Shown here: in pieces, positions 61,824 through 64,000 of the stretch | Layout: each line of letters begins with the position of its first letter | How positions within the stretch are numbered: position 1 is the first letter of the stretch | Origin: an uncultured Acidimicrobiaceae bacterium | GTDB taxonomy: Bacteria; Actinomycetota; Acidimicrobiia; Acidimicrobiales; Bog-793 | Assembly: GCA_963849105.1 (NCBI GenBank) | Contig: CAWKGD010000001.1 | Coordinates: forward strand, 122,719 to 186,718 | Length of the DNA stretch: 64,000 nucleotides | Direction: 5' to 3' | The notes under the pieces: model-generated | What the model was told of the DNA's origin: nothing | Seen by the model: only the letters and a program-made list of their open reading frames with translations | Databases searched by the model: none | Position numbers and translations under genes: made by a program

Positions 61824-62900
61824 ATGGAGCGCGTCGGTCTTGTCGGTCTGCCGAACGCCGGCAAGTCGCTGTTGTTCAACGCGCTGACCGGCGGGAACGT
61901 CCCGGTGGCGACCCATCCGTTCACAACGACCGAGACCGCGGTCGGCGTCGCGCACGTTCCCGATCACCGGCTGTACGCGCTGGCGAAGATGAGTGCGAGC
62001 CGCAAGGTCGTCGAGGCCGCGGTCGAAGTCGTCGACATCGAGGGTCTCGTCGCCGGTGCGGAACACGGCGAGGGACTCGGCAACCGCTTTCTTGCCGGGA
62101 TCCGTGAAGTCGACGCACTGTGCCTCGTGTTGCGCAGTTTCGCCGATGACGAGGTGAGCGGCGAGCGCGACCCCGTGTCAGCGCTGTCGGTACTCGAGCT
62201 CGAGCTGGTTCTCGCCGACTCGGCATCGATCGAAGTGCAGATCACAAAGCAGCAGAAAGCTGCACGCGTGAACGCGTCGCTCGCCGGCGCTGCCGACGCG
62301 ATGAAGGCCGCCCACTCGGTTCTGCAATCGGGGACTCCGCTCTACCGTTCGGAGCTTTCGAAGGAGACGCGCGACGCGCTCGCGCCGCTCTTTCTGTTGA
62401 CGAACAAGCCGGTGTTCTGCGTCGTGAACATCGGCGAGGACGAGATCGCGGATACCGAAGCTGTCGTGAAACCTGTCGCGCACGAGCTCGGCGAGCACGC
62501 CGAGGTGCTCGCCGTGAGTGTCGCGCTCGAAGCAGAGGCGCGCCTTTTGCACGAATCAGACCGTTCAGAGATGCTCGAGGGGCTCGGTCTCGGCGAGGGC
62601 GCGCTTCCGCGAGTCGCCCGCGCGCTCTACGAGACGGTCGGGCGGTGGACGTTCCTCACAACCGGCGAAAAGGAATCGCGCGCCTGGACGTTCCGGCGCG
62701 GCGCGAAGGCTCCGGAATGCGCCGGGGTGATCCACTCCGATCTGCAACGTGGCTTCATCCGCGCCGAAGTGATCGCCTGGGACGAGCTGCTGGCGCTCGG
62801 ATCCTGGCAGTCGGCGAAGGCGGCGGGAAAGATCCGTCTGGAGGGCAAGGACTACGAGGTGAAAGACGGCGATACCCTCGAGATTCGGTTCAACGTTTGA
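61824..62900 (+). CDS. ychF: YchF/OLA1 ribosome-associated ATPase
   Basis: GLPNAGKS, GEGLGNRFL, IHSDLQRGFIRAE and EGKDY..DGD..RFNV motifs. Confidence 0.92.
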   Translation: MERVGLVGLPNAGKSLLFNALTGGNVPVATHPFTTTETAVGVAHVPDHRLYALAKMSASRKVVEAAVEVVDIEGLVAGAEHGEGLGNRFLAGIREVDALCLVLRSFADDEVSGERDPVSALSVLELELVLADSASIEVQITKQQKAARVNASLAGAADAMKAAHSVLQSGTPLYRSELSKETRDALAPLFLLTNKPVFCVVNIGEDEIADTEAVVKPVAHELGEHAEVLAVSVALEAEARLLHESDRSEMLEGLGLGEGALPRVARALYETVGRWTFLTTGEKESRAWTFRRGAKAPECAGVIHSDLQRGFIRAEVIAWDELLALGSWQSAKAAGKIRLEGKDYEVKDGDTLEIRFNV

Positions 62901-62952
62901 AAAGGGAGTGGTCGCCGAGCGATCGGGCGTCCACGACGACGAGGAGATCTGA

Positions 62953-63282
62953 GTGGCCTGGCTCCTGCGCGGCGGTGAAGTGCTCGCGAGCCTCGACCTG
63001 GCGCGCTCTTGGAAAGACCGGGGAATCGGTCTCGTCGGTCGGCGATCCTTCGAAGGCGCAATGTTGATCGAACCCTGCCGATCGGTGCACACGATCGGGA
63101 TGCGCTTCCCTCTCGACGTCGCGTTCTTGGATGAGCGCCGCGCCGTCATCGCGATGACGCGGATGGCTCCGATGAGGATCGGACTGCCGCGATTCGCCGC
63201 TCGTTCAGTCCTCGAAGCGCAAGGCGGTGCGTTCGAGCGGTGGAACCTTGCGCTCGGAGACACTCTCGAAGTGAAGGAGTGA
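62953..63282 (+). CDS. DUF192 family protein
   Basis: GL-x-GR, PCRSVHTIGMRFPLDVAFLD and VLE motifs. Confidence 0.85.
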   Translation: MAWLLRGGEVLASLDLARSWKDRGIGLVGRRSFEGAMLIEPCRSVHTIGMRFPLDVAFLDERRAVIAMTRMAPMRIGLPRFAARSVLEAQGGAFERWNLALGDTLEVKE

Positions 63283-64000
63283 CCGCCGCCGATCGCGTTC
63301 GGGTGACGGAGCGGAATTCTGCTCGACTGGCAATCGTCTCCACTCCGATCGGCAACGTCGACGACCTGTCGCGACGCGCCGTCGACGTTCTGTCCTCGGC
63401 GGATGCCATTTTTTGCGAGGACACCCGGCACACCGGTCTGCTGCTGACGCGGGTAGGAATCGAGAAACGACGCCTCATTTCGCTCAACGCCCACAACGAA
63501 GCGGCACGAATCGCGATGGCGATCGACGCGTTGAGCCGAGGTGAAGACCTCGCGCTCGTGTCCGACGCCGGCACGCCGCTCGTTTCTGATCCCGGCGCCC
63601 GACTTTCCGCGGCCGTGATCGATGCCGGATATCCAGTCGTCCCGGTACCCGGACCGTCGGCGGCACTCGCCGCGCTCGTCGTCAGTGGTTTTGACACGAG
63701 CCGCTTCGAGTTCTTCGGATTCCTTCCGAAATCTGGACGTGTTCGCACAGATCGCCTCCGGGCGATCGCCGGGTCGACGATCCCGTCGATCATTTTTGAG
63801 TCACCAAGGCGCGTCGCGGTGACCCTCGAGGGCCTCGCGGCCGTGGCCGGAGCGGGCCGGCGCGTCGTCGTCGCACGGGAACTGACAAAGCTCTTCGAAG
63901 AGGTGTGGCGCGGCTCGCTCAGAGAAGCCGTCGACCGGGCGCGGTCGGTCGAGCCGATCGGGGAGCACGTCTTGGTCATAGAAGGACAGGACGACGCTGG
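63279..64000 (+). CDS. rsmI: 16S rRNA (cytidine1402-2'-O)-methyltransferase (3' partial; absent from the ORF track)
   Basis: TPIGN, CEDTR, VSDAGTP-x-VSDPG, PGPSA, FESP-x-R and RELTK-x-FEE motifs. Confidence 0.93.
   Translation, partial: MTAADRVRVTERNSARLAIVSTPIGNVDDLSRRAVDVLSSADAIFCEDTRHTGLLLTRVGIEKRRLISLNAHNEAARIAMAIDALSRGEDLALVSDAGTPLVSDPGARLSAAVIDAGYPVVPVPGPSAALAALVVSGFDTSRFEFFGFLPKSGRVRTDRLRAIAGSTIPSIIFESPRRVAVTLEGLAAVAGAGRRVVVARELTKLFEEVWRGSLREAVDRARSVEPIGEHVLVIEGQDDA

Noticed and set aside
374..63979. Many long antisense or alternate-frame ORFs (for example 374-1948, 21325-23550, 40738-42465, 13618-15054)
   Set aside because: They shadow well-supported genes, carry no motifs, and are expected from high-GC codon bias

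Overview
GC-rich actinobacterial DNA. Actinomycetota is inferred from bL37, an F420-type LLM oxidoreductase and a Cys-Ser-Gly HutH; Acidimicrobiia is only a tentative guess. The backbone is a large nucleoside/nucleobase salvage and catabolism neighbourhood: amidohydrolase, XdhD/YgfM-like molybdoenzyme, ade, PfkB kinases, BMP-type nucleoside ABC transporter, psuG, cdd, deoA, add, phosphomutase, PNP, beta-ureidopropionase/hydA/LLM, upp, deoC and two ALDH genes. It also carries prpDBC, hutUFIH, an OmpR-type two-component pair, bL37, ychF, a DUF192 gene and partial rsmI. A ~14 kb accessory block (about 23.8-38.2 kb) lies between add and the phosphomutase. It holds a frameshifted IS110 whose ends, circle-junction promoter and structured non-coding RNAs can be predicted from the sequence, two LuxR regulators, an inactivated IS256, and four secreted proteins without recognisable sortase or lipid anchors. 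One of these has four predicted isopeptide- and disulfide-locked CnaB-like domains; another has near-identical 291-bp Ig-like repeats. No rRNA, tRNA or CRISPR was seen. All family calls come from motif recognition by eye, not database searches.
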